This document shows positions 25,850 through 38,937 of a stretch of DNA of 64,000 nucleotides, piece after piece. The stretch comes from Polymyxa betae A26-41 (Eukaryota; Protista; Endomyxa: Phytomyxea): the NCBI GenBank assembly GCA_003693705.1, contig RBZT01000853.1, positions 1 to 64,000 of the forward strand. Reading direction: 5' to 3'. Below the pieces are notes generated by a model, which was not told the origin of the DNA, searched no databases, and saw nothing but the letters and a program-made list of their open reading frames with translations. Position 1 is the stretch's first letter, and the number at the start of each line of letters is the position of its first letter. The position numbers and the translations under genes are program-made.

Positions 25850-26546
25850 ATGGCTGACGGAGACGATTCCTACGTTCCTCTTGTGACTCTTACCGAAGAG
25901 GTCGCCATTATCACTGGCGAGCAGGATGAGGACGTCCTTTACAAAGAGCGTGCCAAGCTCTACCGCTTTTCTAAAGAACTGAATCAGTGGAACGAACGGG
26001 GTACTGGTGATGCCCGCTTGCTGAAGGTGATTTGCGCCTGGCATCAGTTTTGAAGGAAAAAGTAATTTTTGCAGGGCCGCAAACCTGAAGGAGGAAATAC
26101 TGTCCGTTTTGTTTTGCGTCAAGAGAAGACTGGCAAGGTCGTCGCAAACCATGTCGTTCCAGCCGAAGGCAAGTTGGAGCGAAACATGGGAAGCGATCGG
26201 TCTTGGGTCTGGGTTGCCCAGGATTATTCTGATCCCGAAGGTTCTGACTTTCAACGTTCGTTCCAGCAATAGCTTATGTGCTCATGTAGATGTTGGTATC
26301 TACACGTTCGCAATCCGGTTCCGAACGCCCGAAGCGGCTGAGGACTTCTTCCAGCAGTGGGAGAAATCCCGTATCAATAACGATGCTGTCGCGAATGGCG
26401 AAGAGCCGCCAGCGGAAGCTCTCTCAACACCCAAGCCTTCGGAAGAAACGGAACGTGAGCCAGAGCCGGAGAAAGAGAAGGAACAGGAAGCTAACGGGCC
26501 CGCTTCTGCAGAAGAGCAACCGGCTACCTCTGAGGATGCTGAATAA
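25850..26546 (+). CDS. RANBP1: Ran-binding protein 1
   Basis: TGEQDEDVLYKERAKLYRF..WNERGTGD..LRQEKTGKVVANH..SDRSWVW..FAIRF; acidic tail. Confidence 0.95.
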
Positions 26547-26616
26547 AATTTGTCTTGATCCCGCATGCTTGCTGAATAAATTTAAACAATGCTATATTCT
26601 TTTAAACGTAATGATT

Positions 26617-27394
26617 TCAACAATTTTTGTCGGTTTCGGTGTATAAAATTTTCATCGAATTTCTGAGCGAAACCTGTAGCTGGTCTGGTACGAGGAAATA
26701 CAATGCCATAACAGTACCCCAAGAAAATCCTGCAAATACTCTGAAGACACATGTTTAGCTTCAGGACAACAATTGGCGACAATGCTTACTTAGCAGGCAG
26801 TTTTGCTGGGCGAATGCAAGTATTGACTGAAGCCAAAACCACCCTTGAGAGTATGTACAGATTGATCTGGAAAGGAACTGGATCATCGCCTAGTGACTTA
26901 ATAAGACTTTTAATGAGGAGCATAATTAATGCTAACTTCCAAAGATACTTGAACCGGCTATGATTCCTGCCAAAAGATGATTGAAGACATCGTCTTTCTA
27001 ATAATACAGATGTAAGCCTGATTCCATCAAAAACAATTGCCGATAATCACCGTTTGCCGAATGGATCGAAATAAACAGCACAATGCTTTATAAAACGCGA
27101 CGTAGACACCCAAACTGACACTATGCTGCATTGTGGCTTTCAAAATAGTCGTGACCATAGCTCGATAAGTTAGAGTCCTCCGAAACACCAAAGTCACAAC
27201 TGTAATGCACTCATTTAGTTGATACAGCACATACCAAATGAAAAGCGAAACAAAACGCTTTTGCAAATCAAAGGAAAACTTCGAAGCCGACCTAGCGAAT
27301 GGGGAAAACGGACTGTCGCGCCGTAAATCAGGCCAGCCCGAAATCCATTGAGAATCGCCCCCATGCAGGATTGATGAGGACAGAAGTGCTTCAT
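26617..27394 (-). CDS. PXMP4: Peroxisomal membrane protein PXMP4/PMP24 (Tim17 family)
   Basis: Spliced reading GFRAGLIYGATVRFPHSL|VVTLVF..ILKATMQHSVSLGVYVAFYK..FAGFSWGTVMALY..LQVSLRNSMKILY. Confidence 0.85.
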
Positions 27395-27859
27395 AGTTGG
27401 CTAGATCTTCTGCCTTTGATCGAATCAGCTGACGTCTCCCGGCGATCTTGAATGGACCAATAACTGAAATGATGCTAAAAGAAGGTCGCACTACTTGTTA
27501 CTATTATTATTGTTACTCAGTTTACTCTGAACAATATTCGCCCACTGTTCTAGTTTATAACGTCGTACTGTACTTGTTTGAACTTAACACTTTCGTGTCT
27601 TTCAGAAAATGCCAAAGTAACCAAGAATATTTGTCACGTTGCCGCTTAATGACGTATCTCTACCAACTTGATAAATTCGATATTTCTGAGAATGCAGAAA
27701 GTTTCGATTGATTGCCACAGCCTATGTCTTCACGTTAGCCTGATTTTGCACTTTCGTTGTCGAGACTGACGTGATTAGGGCTGAGATTCATATAGCGTTT
27801 GAATGGGTCGAAGTCCGTGACGGAGTCCGCTTTCCTTGTTCATCAAAACCTCTGCCATC

Positions 27860-28509
27860 ATGTTTGAGAAGACGGTCGTCGTCGATGGGCGTGGTCACCT
27901 TCTCGGCCGTCTGGCCAGCATTATCGCCAAGGAACTTCTGAATGGCCAGCGTGTCGTAGTTGTTCGCGCTGAACAGGTCGAGATGAGTGGATCGTTGTTC
28001 CGCAACAAGAGTGAGTTGCTTCCGATTTGGTTTAACTTCCAGCTTATTGCTTTATAGCCAAATACTGGGCTTTCCTTCGTAAGCGTCACAACACCAACCC
28101 TCGTCGTGGTCCCTTCCACGAACGTGCTCCGTCGAAGATCTTGAAGCGTGTCATTCGCGGTATGATGCCTTACAAGACTCAGCGTGGTGAGAAGGCTCTG
28201 GCCAAGTTCAAGGCCTTTGAAGGTGTCCCTCCTCCTTACGACAAGATGAAGCGCCAGGTCGTTCCTGAAGCCCTTCGTACCCTTCGGCTGCAAGCTGGTC
28301 GTAAGTGGTGCGTTCTGGGCGATCTCAGCAACGATGTCGGCTGGCAGCACAAAGAGTTGGTCAAGGCTCTGGAAGGCAAGCGCAAGATCCGCAATGATAC
28401 CTGGTTGGCGAAGAAGAAGGAGCTGACTGCTCTCAAGAAGCAGGCTGCCGCCGCTGTTGCCGAGAAGTGCCCAGAGATCATCCAGACTCTCGCCTCCGCT
28501 GGATATTAA
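27860..28509 (+). CDS. RPL13A: 60S ribosomal protein uL13 (L13a)
   Basis: [45 protein letters not shown]; one intron ~28011-28057. Confidence 0.98.
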
Positions 28510-28615
28510 TCACAAAAAGTTTATACAACCAGAACGATGTCCATATACGTCCTATTCAATAGTTTCTGAAGGGCTGCTTTCCATTCCTCAATTGATTTTA
28601 ACATTTTTAATTTTT

Positions 28616-29062
28616 TCATGGTAATAGGCGATATCGAGGAACTGAGTATCGCCATAGAACCAGTAACTCGGCTAGATCGATGGCCCGGGCGATCAGAAAT
28701 GCAGTGAAGGCGAACACCCAGACTCTAGTCGCTTCATCGCTTTTGGCATTGTGTACGAGATCGATGGGGATCTTGTCGCTCATTACCAAAGCGAACATGA
28801 CGATCCATGTGATCAGGAGCAGGGTCCTGGTCACGATCGGCATCACCATTCGTTTACGTCGTTGCAATGATATCATGATAAGCAGCGATTGCAGGACCTC
28901 GGCGCTGGCGAACAGGATGAAGGCCACGACCACGATGATATTGTTCAACAATGGATATCGAGCAGCTGCGAATGCATAGAGCGCAGCGCGAATGAAGGCG
29001 ACCATGACGAAAAGCCAGACACCGGCCACTGCTGGTAAGCAAAGGCAGCATCGCCTGGTCAT
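28616..29062 (-). CDS. Four-TM membrane protein with N-terminal CCxC (LAPTM-like pattern)
   Basis: MTRRCCLCLPAVAGVW followed by four hydrophobic segments; intronless. Confidence 0.6.
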   Translation of the reverse strand: MTRRCCLCLPAVAGVWLFVMVAFIRAALYAFAAARYPLLNNIIVVVAFILFASAEVLQSLLIMISLQRRKRMVMPIVTRTLLLITWIVMFALVMSDKIPIDLVHNAKSDEATRVWVFAFTAFLIARAIDLAELLVLWRYSVPRYRLLP

Positions 29063-29606
29063 GGTGTTTGCAAAGAAAGTCTTTGGGCGGTGGTCGGTGG
29101 CGCGTGCTTGCATAACGAACTTCTCATGACTCATCAATTGTATTCAACATTCTGGAGACATGATGTGACGAACTTTCACGATTACGGTCAAGATAATGGT
29201 GCTCCCTCAAACTTCAATAGCAGAATACTCGTTAGTTTGGCGTTTTCCAGCCTAGTGTTTTGATGAGTTTCACAAAATGTTCTCTGTATCAAATCCGTTG
29301 AGAATATCAATCATGAAGCCTGTATGAGTCCATAAAGCAGATTAAGCGTTTGTTTCGGAACAGCTAGACGATGATAGATGCAATGGTCACATTTCTGTTG
29401 ATGTTTAGTCTGTACGTACATTGGATTGCAGCATTCTTATTCGATTTTAAGTTGAAAGCGCATTGGTTCAAAAGTTGATATCCAGGAATGTCCCTCCCTA
29501 CTGGGAATCGATACACACATCCCGTTATTACTGCCGCCTGATTCAAACTATTCCTGTCAGCGGTCATTTTTAGCTGTTGAGAATTAGACAGAGAAGAAGA
29601 ACTCAA

Positions 29607-31380
29607 GATGGCAGACGATCGTCCTCTGTACGAGTTTGCTTGCAATGAGGATTGGCGAATATGAAAGGATGTGCAGATTGCCGAGTGCTTTTCTGAATGT
29701 TTTTTAGCAGTATGGGGCGGCTCGCACAGTCGCTCTCTACTTCGAGATAGCCATCGGCAACATCGTGACAAACTTAAGATCGCTCATCCTGCTAATGGAA
29801 CAGTTTCATCCAGATAAGGATCTGGTAGGCAGAAACGATGGAGCCGATCTGAAGCTATCCGGTCCGAATTCCACGACAATCGTCTGTTGCCGAACGCGAC
29901 CAGCGCGTTTGGTGATAGAGCATGGTTGTCAGAGAGATGATATCCGCCGGCTATTAACAGTATATGGAGCTTATTGAATCATAGACGACAATCACAGATC
30001 AAAGATGTGCAACGATGAGCCGAAGAGGGCAACAATTGTTGCGGAGGACTGATGCAGATCGTTCTTCAGGACAAAATCGCTGGTCTCTCACAAAAGTCGT
30101 TCAGTGTTTGAGACGTTATTATCATCAAGTAGTTCCAATCTCTACAGGTGGCAATCTGCATTCCCGATCACGACCAGATAGCTTGCGAGCGCGAATGTGC
30201 ACTCAGCTGTAATAGAGCTGTGCACAGAGGAACGCGTCACATTTGGTGACTGAGATCAGCCTTTCCTGCTGAGGCAGCAATCGTTGAGACGATGCCATCA
30301 AGTTGATGCACATTGATAGTATAGCATCATACAACTTCGCATTTCCATGAAGTTTGAATTTGATATAATACAAAGACACTTCTATTGTTGTAATACCTTT
30401 TGTGTTGGATTGAGCCAGATTACATCAACGCGACTTCGGGGAGTTTTCAGCGATCGAGCTCGAACGTGTCACATTTTTCCGATCCGGTTCATCACTTTCG
30501 CTGCCTGCCACCAGACAATGTTCGTAGAGGAAGGAATACCCCGGGGTCTGCTTTCCAGAATAGAATGGGCCACCAAAAGGTCAAAGAGCAGATCCGATAG
30601 ATGGCGTTGCTTGCTTAAGCTTTGGTGCAAAATCGGTTGCTAACTGAACTCAGGGAAATCGTCTGATGCTCAAAGTGTGATAATAGAACGACGTTGGAGC
30701 TAAAAGCGACTATGTAGAAAAACGACATCGAGTCAAACATTGACCATTCCGAACTTGACCAAATCAGAACAGCATTTGCACGGCGTCCAATTCTTTAGTG
30801 AGAAACAGGAGATAGGACGATCAAGTCGCACAGCGAGCAGATCACATAACGATTCCAGCACAGATCTAATTGTTAGAACATCGCATCACGTAACCGATGC
30901 GGAGAACAACGCGAATCCAGGAGCGCTGCGAGAAGAAAGAGACAACCTCAATGGCAGAACTGTAAGAGAGGCGTTGACGGAGTCGTCCGGCATCATAGAA
31001 TCGCCCACGTTTTCTTGTCGACAAGTTTCTCGGTTTTTCTTCTAATCTCTCCCTGGTTCTTGCCCATCAGTGTTTCCCAACCACTGTGAGGGTCGAACAG
31101 TCATCGAGCATTTTTTGTAGATTATCTTCTGACCTGTCCCTTAGCCTGGTGTAAGAATCAGCCCAAGTCCTCTTCTAACAACGCTTATTCTTGCAAGTCA
31201 GATCCAGATGCTGGAATTATATCATCATTTTGCCCAGATCTCTCGAATTTATTAAGTCTGGCTGCAAAATAACTCATCTCGATTTGAAATTCAACCCTTT
31301 TTTGCAATATGAAGCCAACTTCAAACATCAAACTGGGATGAAGGTTTCATGCCACTTTTTACGAGTACCTACCGGTACTC
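29607..31380 (+). CDS. Hypothetical multi-exon protein, structure unresolved
   Basis: Several + strand ORF segments bounded by plausible splice sites (29710-29950, 30400-30580, 30718-31008); no recognisable domain. Confidence 0.3.
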
Positions 31381-31485
31381 GTAAATTTTTTTGCTTTAAA
31401 CAGTGCGGGCAGTCTTAAACCGACAACAACTTGTCTCAATTTTATTTTGGAAAAGAGGCTGCGCCAGAGGCCTCGCTACTATCAA

Positions 31486-32422
31486 TCACTCCGAATTATA
31501 GTTCAGTTTTTTTTCAGGAATTCTGCGGTGTGAGCGGTACTTCTTTACGGCATATTCAACCTGCGCCGGTGTCAGTCGAACATCTTTCAAACGATAGGCG
31601 TCAATGTAGCGCTCTGATTTGCGAGCAAACCGGCGGATGCTGGATATGGACACTGAATTTAAAGCCAATGGCACCATTGTCTGCAGTGTCTTCCACGAGT
31701 AATCGCAATGCTTACGAGTGTACGCCTTGCATGCTCCCCAAAACATTTCAATAAAATTAAACTCCGGATGGAATTTAGGATAAAAAATAATGCAATGTCC
31801 AGTGGCCTCAACAGTTTCGTTCAGCAAAGGCTTCTGTCCGGAGAAATCAGGTTGTGCTGCGAGCAACTTACGAGCTTCGTCTAATTTCATTCCAGAAACA
31901 AAAATGCCTCTTTCCTGGAGAATTGTGCGAATTCCTTTTTGCTTCCCGGCTTCCGATACCATAATCTGCACGACACGAGTCCCATCAGGAGCCTCAAACC
32001 AGCCATCCCGGAGTTTGCAAACATTTTTCCCTCCGTCTTTGAGATTGAGTCGGCTCGCAACCAGGGCGTTTTCAGCCATTGCATGGTGGTTTGATGAATT
32101 ATCATAAGCCACCAATGCAATGCACCCGGGATGGAGAATTTCGAATATCTTCAGCATCTTCATTGTTTGCTGAGCAAGATGCTCATTCGTAAAGTATCCG
32201 TCTTTGTTTGCTCCTGGGAACATTATTACCGTGGAGTCCAATGGAATCTCCGGATAAAGCTCTGCAATTTCTTTAGGAAGTCGTAACAATCCATGACATT
32301 GACAGAGAAAAGCAGAGACCATAATGGAAGCACCAGGTCCCTTCGGCCGGATCTCTTTTTTTTCTTGTTTTCTCTTGCCAGCTTCGCCGAGAGCCATCAT
32401 GGGCCTGAAATATACACTCGTC
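31486..32422 (-). mobile_element. Decayed Tc1/mariner-superfamily transposase (DDE_3 type, long D-E insert)
   Basis: RPKGPGASIMVSAFL, DGYFT, YDNSSNH, QKGIRTILQERG, FYPKFHPEFNFIEMFWG, YRSHR. The first catalytic motif DECIFQAHDG (32422 down) is frameshifted relative to the ORF; N-terminus missing; no convincing TIRs. Confidence 0.85.
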
Positions 32423-32849
32423 CTTTGGAAGGTTGCCTTTCTCTGCGCACGAATTGTGCGTTTACAATTACATCACGCTTTGGATATTTTTATTATTATT
32501 TTTATGATATTTAAACATTCTCAAAATCTTTTCCATTGGCAATTTTTGTGAAGCTTTTCAACATTCTTTCCTCATCTACATAGGATCCGAAGTGAAAAGC
32601 AAACCAAATCCTCAGCAAAATATTTCTATTCAGTAATAAAAAACAACTGTTAAGTACAAATGCCATTTGTGTCAGCATTGTCCTTCTCCGCTTTTAATCA
32701 AGTTTCCAATGTTGCAAAAAGGGTGATAATTTGGCCTTTGGGGCTTCGCGTTCGGAAGGAAGTGCGGGCGCAGTGCCGATTGGGGCTTCTCTCCTCTTCT
32801 TTCCGCCTCCGTCATGGTCACTATCATCCCATCTATACCCCATACGACA

Positions 32850-35800
32850 ATGGACGCCCTCTGCGCCCAGCTTACCGACTGTCAATCTCCAGTCGCTGCT
32901 GTACGCCAAGCTGCTGAACAAGCGTTGGTACAGGCCCAGGGAACGCCTGGGTTTCTTCCGCAGCTGCTTCAGATCGCCGTCCAAGGCCCACCTCAATGTC
33001 AATTACAGGCAGCAATTCTCCTAAAAAATAACATTCAGCGGCTTTGGATTGATCCCAACAATGCTTCTGCTCAAAGAGCTCGCATCACGGAAGAGGATCG
33101 AACTTATCTGAAAGCACATCTTGTTCGTTATCTGGTTGATAGTCCACTACAATTACAGAAACAGTTGGCTGCTTGCGTGACCGTCATCTCATCGCATGAT
33201 TTTCCTGCACAATGGCAGAATTTATTGCCAGAATTAATTGCTCATCTGTCGGCTACTGAGCATTCCAAAATTCGCGCCGTGCTCACAACCCTGCAAGATA
33301 TTACACAACCATACCGATACAAGGGTAAAGGAAATGAGTTGTGGACACAGATAAAATATGTGCTCGTGAATACTGCCCAGCCATTGCTCGAGGTTTGTTG
33401 CTTTTCCGATTTAAATTTTTTGGTAATCAGTTTTCATAGTGCTTGGTTCGATTAGCCACCCAGTTATCACAAGCTAAGGCACAACAAGATCGGAATGAAG
33501 TGATTACCATGATCACACTGTTAGCCAATGTCTTCCTCTCACTGTCGTTTCAAGATATCCCCGAACAGTTCGAAGACAAACTTTCCGTCTGTGAAAATGT
33601 CCCGTTCCATTCAATTGGTAATTGAATTTACCCGATAGGATTGGATGGGGCACTGGCTTGGTTTCCTGACGATGGAAAGAGGAGAGGGACCAGCACGTCC
33701 AGTCATAACAAAACACGAAGAGATTGTCGATCCTCCACAACCTGTTGATGATCTTCAAGGCGTTATTTGCGAGGTACTTAAATTTGAAGAAGCATCTTTG
33801 ATTGAAACAATCTTTGATCTTAAAAGTTGATTATTATTTTTTTGGGATTTAATGAGATTTCAGATTGGCTCGCTGTATGCTGAAAAGTATGAGGAAGAAT
33901 TCCGTCCTTTTGTTCCAAACTGGGTATCAACTGTTTATCAACTTCTGATCACGGTTGGAGGCGCCATGTTGCCTCGGCATGACCCAGTTATGGTGGGAGG
34001 ATTGCATTTCATGACCCAGATTGTTTCCCGTCCTTGGAATAAGCATCTTTTTGCCGATCCTGAACGATTGCGCGCTATCTGTGAAAGCATCATCATGCCC
34101 AATTTGACTCTCCAGCAACAAGATATCGCGATGTTCTATCACAACCCTATCGAATATGTTCGACGTGACAGTGAAGGTCTATTCTGTTTATTTTGTTCAT
34201 CATCGTTGCTTATAAATTGCTTAAAGGCTCAGATCATGCGACTCGCAGACGGTTAACATGCGACCTTGTGCGAGCTCTTACTGTTCAGTTCCAGAGTGAA
34301 ATCTCGCAGTGCCTTTACAGCTATGTCACTGTACTATTACAAAATTTCCAAAAATCTCCCGATGCTGATTGGATTCAAGCCGATGCAGCCATGTACGTTG
34401 TTCTGGCCCTTGCTGTTCAAGTATGTTGAAGTTTCATTGCACCTTTTTTCAAAGTAGTTAGCTGTGCCTGTGGTAAATACATGATTTTCTAGGGCCGTAC
34501 GCAAGAGAAAGGTGCCACAATCGTCAACCAGTATGTCAATGTTGCAGAGTTTTACCAGTCGCATGTGCAGCCGCAGTTGGCTGACCCTCAGGTTTGTGGC
34601 GTTTATACAATGTTATATATAGACTTACAAATATAATTAGATCGAGCGATTCCCCATCTTGAAGGCTGACGCTATCAAATTCGTTTCGACTTTTCGATCT
34701 CATTTTCCGGTCGAGCAATGTCGCGACTTGATCCCTGTTCTTTCAAAGTACCCATGTTTTCTGTTCAATTGTTTTTATTGTTTAGTGTCTAATTTAAGTA
34801 CACTCGTTTCTTGAACATTTCTCGTAACACTCAAATCCGTTTAGATTCCTTGCGTCGCATTCCTTTGTTGTTCACTCCTATGCGGCTTCTGCCATTGAAA
34901 GGCTGCTTGCTTTGAAGAATTGCATCACGAAAGAACACTTGAAACCGTTTAGCACCCAGATGCTCACCCAGCTGTTCAGGTATAATTGTGGCGTCGTTAT
35001 GGGCACTATCCGCTTTTCTCTCATTGTACTCGATTTCGCTGACTTTTTACAGCGCACTTGATCATGAAGAGTCCTCAGAGAACGATTATTTATTGAGGGC
35101 CCTCATGCGTGTTCTGTACGTCTCGGGATCTAATCTGTTACCCTTTTTGGAGACTTTACTATCCAAGCTGACTGGAATTCTCATTCGAGTTGCCGTTAAC
35201 CCTCGTAACCCAATGTTCAATCACCTGCTCTTTGAATGCATTGCGGTTCTTATCCGACTCTGCAAAGAGCATCCCGAACTGGTCAGTTATAAGCTTGACG
35301 CATTTGAATGGAACTTTTAAGGCTCGATAGGTTCCTAATTTCCAAGCTGCGCTATTCCCTCCATTCCAAACCATGTTACAAGCTCAAGAAGCTTGCAATG
35401 AATTTGGATCATGTTTGGCACACTCTTTTGCGAGTTTTTTTCGTGCTGATACCGCCTCAAATAGATGTGTTCCAGATCATGTGTATGATCTTGGATTGTA
35501 CGCCTGGAGAAGCAGTGCCGCCGGCATTTGAAGCTTTGTACCCGATGTTGATGTCTCCTGCACTGTGGGATTCGCAAGGAAATGTTCATGCAATTACTCA
35601 GTTGCTGCAAGCCTACCTCCGCAAGCCTGGGTAACAATGTTTTCATTGCTTTTAGATGCACTCTTCTGGTCCATCCGATCATTTGCCCATTTATTTTCCA
35701 GATTCGTTGTAACATTGTGCCCGACTGGCGGTGCTACGACCGAGTCATCAAATCGATTAACGGCGCTGCTCGGTGTGTTTCAGAAGCTGATTGCATCTAC

Positions 35801-36720
35801 TCTGAACGATAAGTTTGGGATGGCCTTGTTGCGATCCATGATCCGACATGTTCCTTGGGCAGCGGGGCTTCAACCTTACATGAAGCAGATTTTGGTTCTG
35901 GTTTTCACAAGAGCCACGTCTTCTTCGACCTCTCAATTTGGCCGAGCATTTGCCCTTTTCTTGGCTGATTTCATTACTGTACGGTTTTCGTTTTTTCTTC
36001 TCAGTCGTGACTTATAGTTTTAGGTACGGGGATTCAATGTTGTTCTGTCGGAGATGGAAGGTGTTCAGGCAGGGATCTCTTTTAACGTTATCGGAAAAAT
36101 GTTCCTTCCTCAGGCGGCCCTTATTGTTCAGCCTGCACAAGATCGTAAACTCATTCATGTATGGGAGTTCTTTTTTCTGCGTTCAGTTCGATTATTGCTT
36201 TATCAACTTCACTCGAACTTGATGCTTTCGGTATTAATCTATTTGTAGGTGGCGCTTGTTCATATGGCATGCCATAACCTGGATGTCGTTATCAATGGCG
36301 GGCAGCCATATGTCCAGATGTGGGTGGGTGTTATCGATTGCTTGCTAGATCAATTAGAACTCGGTTCTTCATCCACCGAGCAACCCGCGTTTTCTGATGA
36401 TCAAGCTGAATCAATTCTTGAACAGCTGAGTGACGGCAGCACGCCTGCTTATTCTGCTGCCTATTCACGTTTGGCATTCGCAATTCGCGTTGATACTGAT
36501 GCGTTCCCACAAATTCAGAACATGATCGAATACTTTGTCAAGTCTTTGGCAGATGCCACAAGATCAAGACCAGGTCCGCCGTGTTTTTGCTTGTTTTCGA
36601 TCTTGGATTAAAGCTTCCGTTTTAGGTCAAATCCGCTCTATGTTAGAATCGAATTTACCGCCTGCTCGAGTGTCGTTAATTCATGAACTGTGTAGCAAAT
36701 TTATGGTACAATTGGTTTAA
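32850..36720 (+). CDS. CSE1: Exportin-2 / CSE1 (importin-alpha re-exporter)
   Basis: IBN_N (AAILLKNNIQRLW), HDFPAQW, QDIPEQFED, YAEKYEEEF, PIEYVRRDSEG|SDHATRR, ENDYLLRALMR, NPRNPMFNHLLFE. Confidence 0.95.
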
Positions 36721-36868
36721 AATCTAAGGCCGTGAATAAACACGATCAATTTACAAATGGTAGTTGTCCTCAGCCGAAAAGAATTACGCTAACAAACAGT
36801 ATTTGATAGAACCCAATTTGGTTCACACTCTAGAAAATAGTGTCTGCCGAATAAAACGAGCCAAAAAG

Positions 36869-38636
36869 TTAGTTCGTGCACTCTTCATGCACTCCCTTCA
36901 TTAAATTAACTTGGTCCAATAATAAATGAATTTCAAGGTCGGATTCCACTTCGAGGTCGTCTTTGAGATCTTCCCAGGTTAGGCTGGCGAGACATTTGCC
37001 ATCGACCTGCCAAACAAAAAGGGTTCATATTAGGCCATTGAGGAAGTCGAATGAATGACCGAACCTGATTTTGCCTGAAAGCGGATTCTAATTGGGGAAG
37101 CTGGCACCATCTTAGAAACTGGGCAACTTCATCGACTGACCAGCGTTCGAGATCGCATTTTGGACAAGACTCGTTAGATACTGCATCCAAGAATGCCTTT
37201 TCAGCTTGCAAAATAATTCTGTAATTGGAAAGAATACAATTAGAATCATCAAAAACGAAAGTTCAAATCAAAAGCGAAGGGGCAACGCACACTGGATCAA
37301 CGCTTAGTGATCTTGCAGCATGAATGACATGCAACCACGACGTTCTTGGTCCACATTTTTTAATTCTGCATCAATGTTACAATCCGAGACAGCTCGTATT
37401 GACATTAACACATACGGATTTGTTGGCCCATTTGGAATAGATGATCGAATTTCGAACATTTTCTGCAGCATCTTATCGAGGAAATCAGAAGACACCTTCT
37501 TCAGATTATTTGATGTCAAGGTATCAAGTATTCTGCAGAATGCATTCGATTCTTGATATATGGATTAGGGTGGACAAAACTTACGTCGACGATTGTGAGC
37601 GATCATGCTCGGGAAGCTGAGAAACACATTGTCGCCAGGCAGTCTGAATCTCCTGAGTCAGAGCCTCGGTTGGGTCACGTTTCTCATAATCGACATCGAC
37701 TCGAGCCTCACACGAATCTGGCCACAGAAAATCCCTAGAAGAGCAAATTTATTCGAATCCTCCGTTCGAGAGATCGTTTGCAAAACAGTGCCGAATGCAA
37801 ACTTGAAAACCCGAATAGTCCCAAAGTTTTAAGAAAATTCCAAACCGACAAAATCAAAGATTTGTACTTGACAGGTATCTGGAGATCGTCAGTTCCATGG
37901 CCGACAAATCCATCCAAGGCGTCTTTCACGGACTGCAGCGACCCGAGATCGTACGCCCCCCTGATATCGTCGTGCTGCTTAGATCGGCCCAATTCTAAGC
38001 AGGCCCGACAGGACAACGTCTCAATGAGTGGATCACGAACGCACTCAATATGGAACGATCGGCCACAATTCTGACTGCACAAAAATGCTGTAAAACCAAC
38101 AGATTAAAGACTTTCAAGTGATTAAAATCGGATGACGTCCATACAGGCACTCTGTGGAGCGATCACTTTATCGCAATTAGCGCAGATCACATTCCTATTC
38201 GGCCGGGACGAGGACGATGCCGCAAACCCCGACGCTATTAATTAATGACGGAGGGTATAAGAAGGCAAAACGACAGGACATACATTCGACCATGAGATGC
38301 TCTTCGACAGCCTCGTCGTCATCGTCATCATCATCGGTCATATTATTACTGGTAGCGACCAGATCAAGTGGATCTAATCTCAACCACCAGGCTAATTTAC
38401 AATCACAGCAATAATTTCTGTTAGCAAAGCCCAGATCAGCGGATACGGTACGATGATCACCGATCAGACCTACAGTATTCCATGCCCGGCCTTTTCTCTG
38501 AGAACAACACTAAATCAGCGAATTGATCAAGACAAGATGGCATACTGGACCTTCTGGCATTGGCCCGAACGTTGTCGGACCTGCGAGCTCGGGTGGATGG
38601 AGATCCGCACCGTGGGCAGTTGAATCCTATCGTCAT
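36869..38636 (-). CDS. PHD-finger and C-terminal SAM-domain protein
   Basis: CSQNCGRSFHIECV..CRAC (PHD); WSVDEVAQFL..LESAFRQNQ|VDGKCLASLTWEDLKDDL (SAM). 5' exons uncertain. Confidence 0.75.
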
Positions 38637-38937
38637 TGGATGTAGCTGCTTATGGTGAACGGCGTCGAATGGTGAGAAGCAGATCCCTTCTGGTAGATCG
38701 GATTTCGCCTTCCAAAAGTGCAAACACACACGATTCACTCGGAGACCGTCGCGGACTAAGTTTCAAAAAAATTTCGCGGCAAGATATTTCTCCGCGATCG
38801 CAATGTTGGTTCAGCGAATCGGATCGACATTTTTACAGAAAAATTTTCTATCAATTCGTGAAGCAAGGCAACAAACAAAATGCGAGATTGAACGAGACTG
38901 AGGTTATGCTTAAATCTTAATGTTTTATCGAATTGTA

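Noticed and set aside
25703-28350. Antisense ORFs over RanBP1 and RPL13A (also over cytochrome c)
   Set aside because: Codon-bias shadows of conserved, highly expressed genes.
31395-32655. TTAAACAGT / ACTGTTAA as TIRs of the Tc1-like element
   Set aside because: Too short and imperfect in AT-rich sequence.
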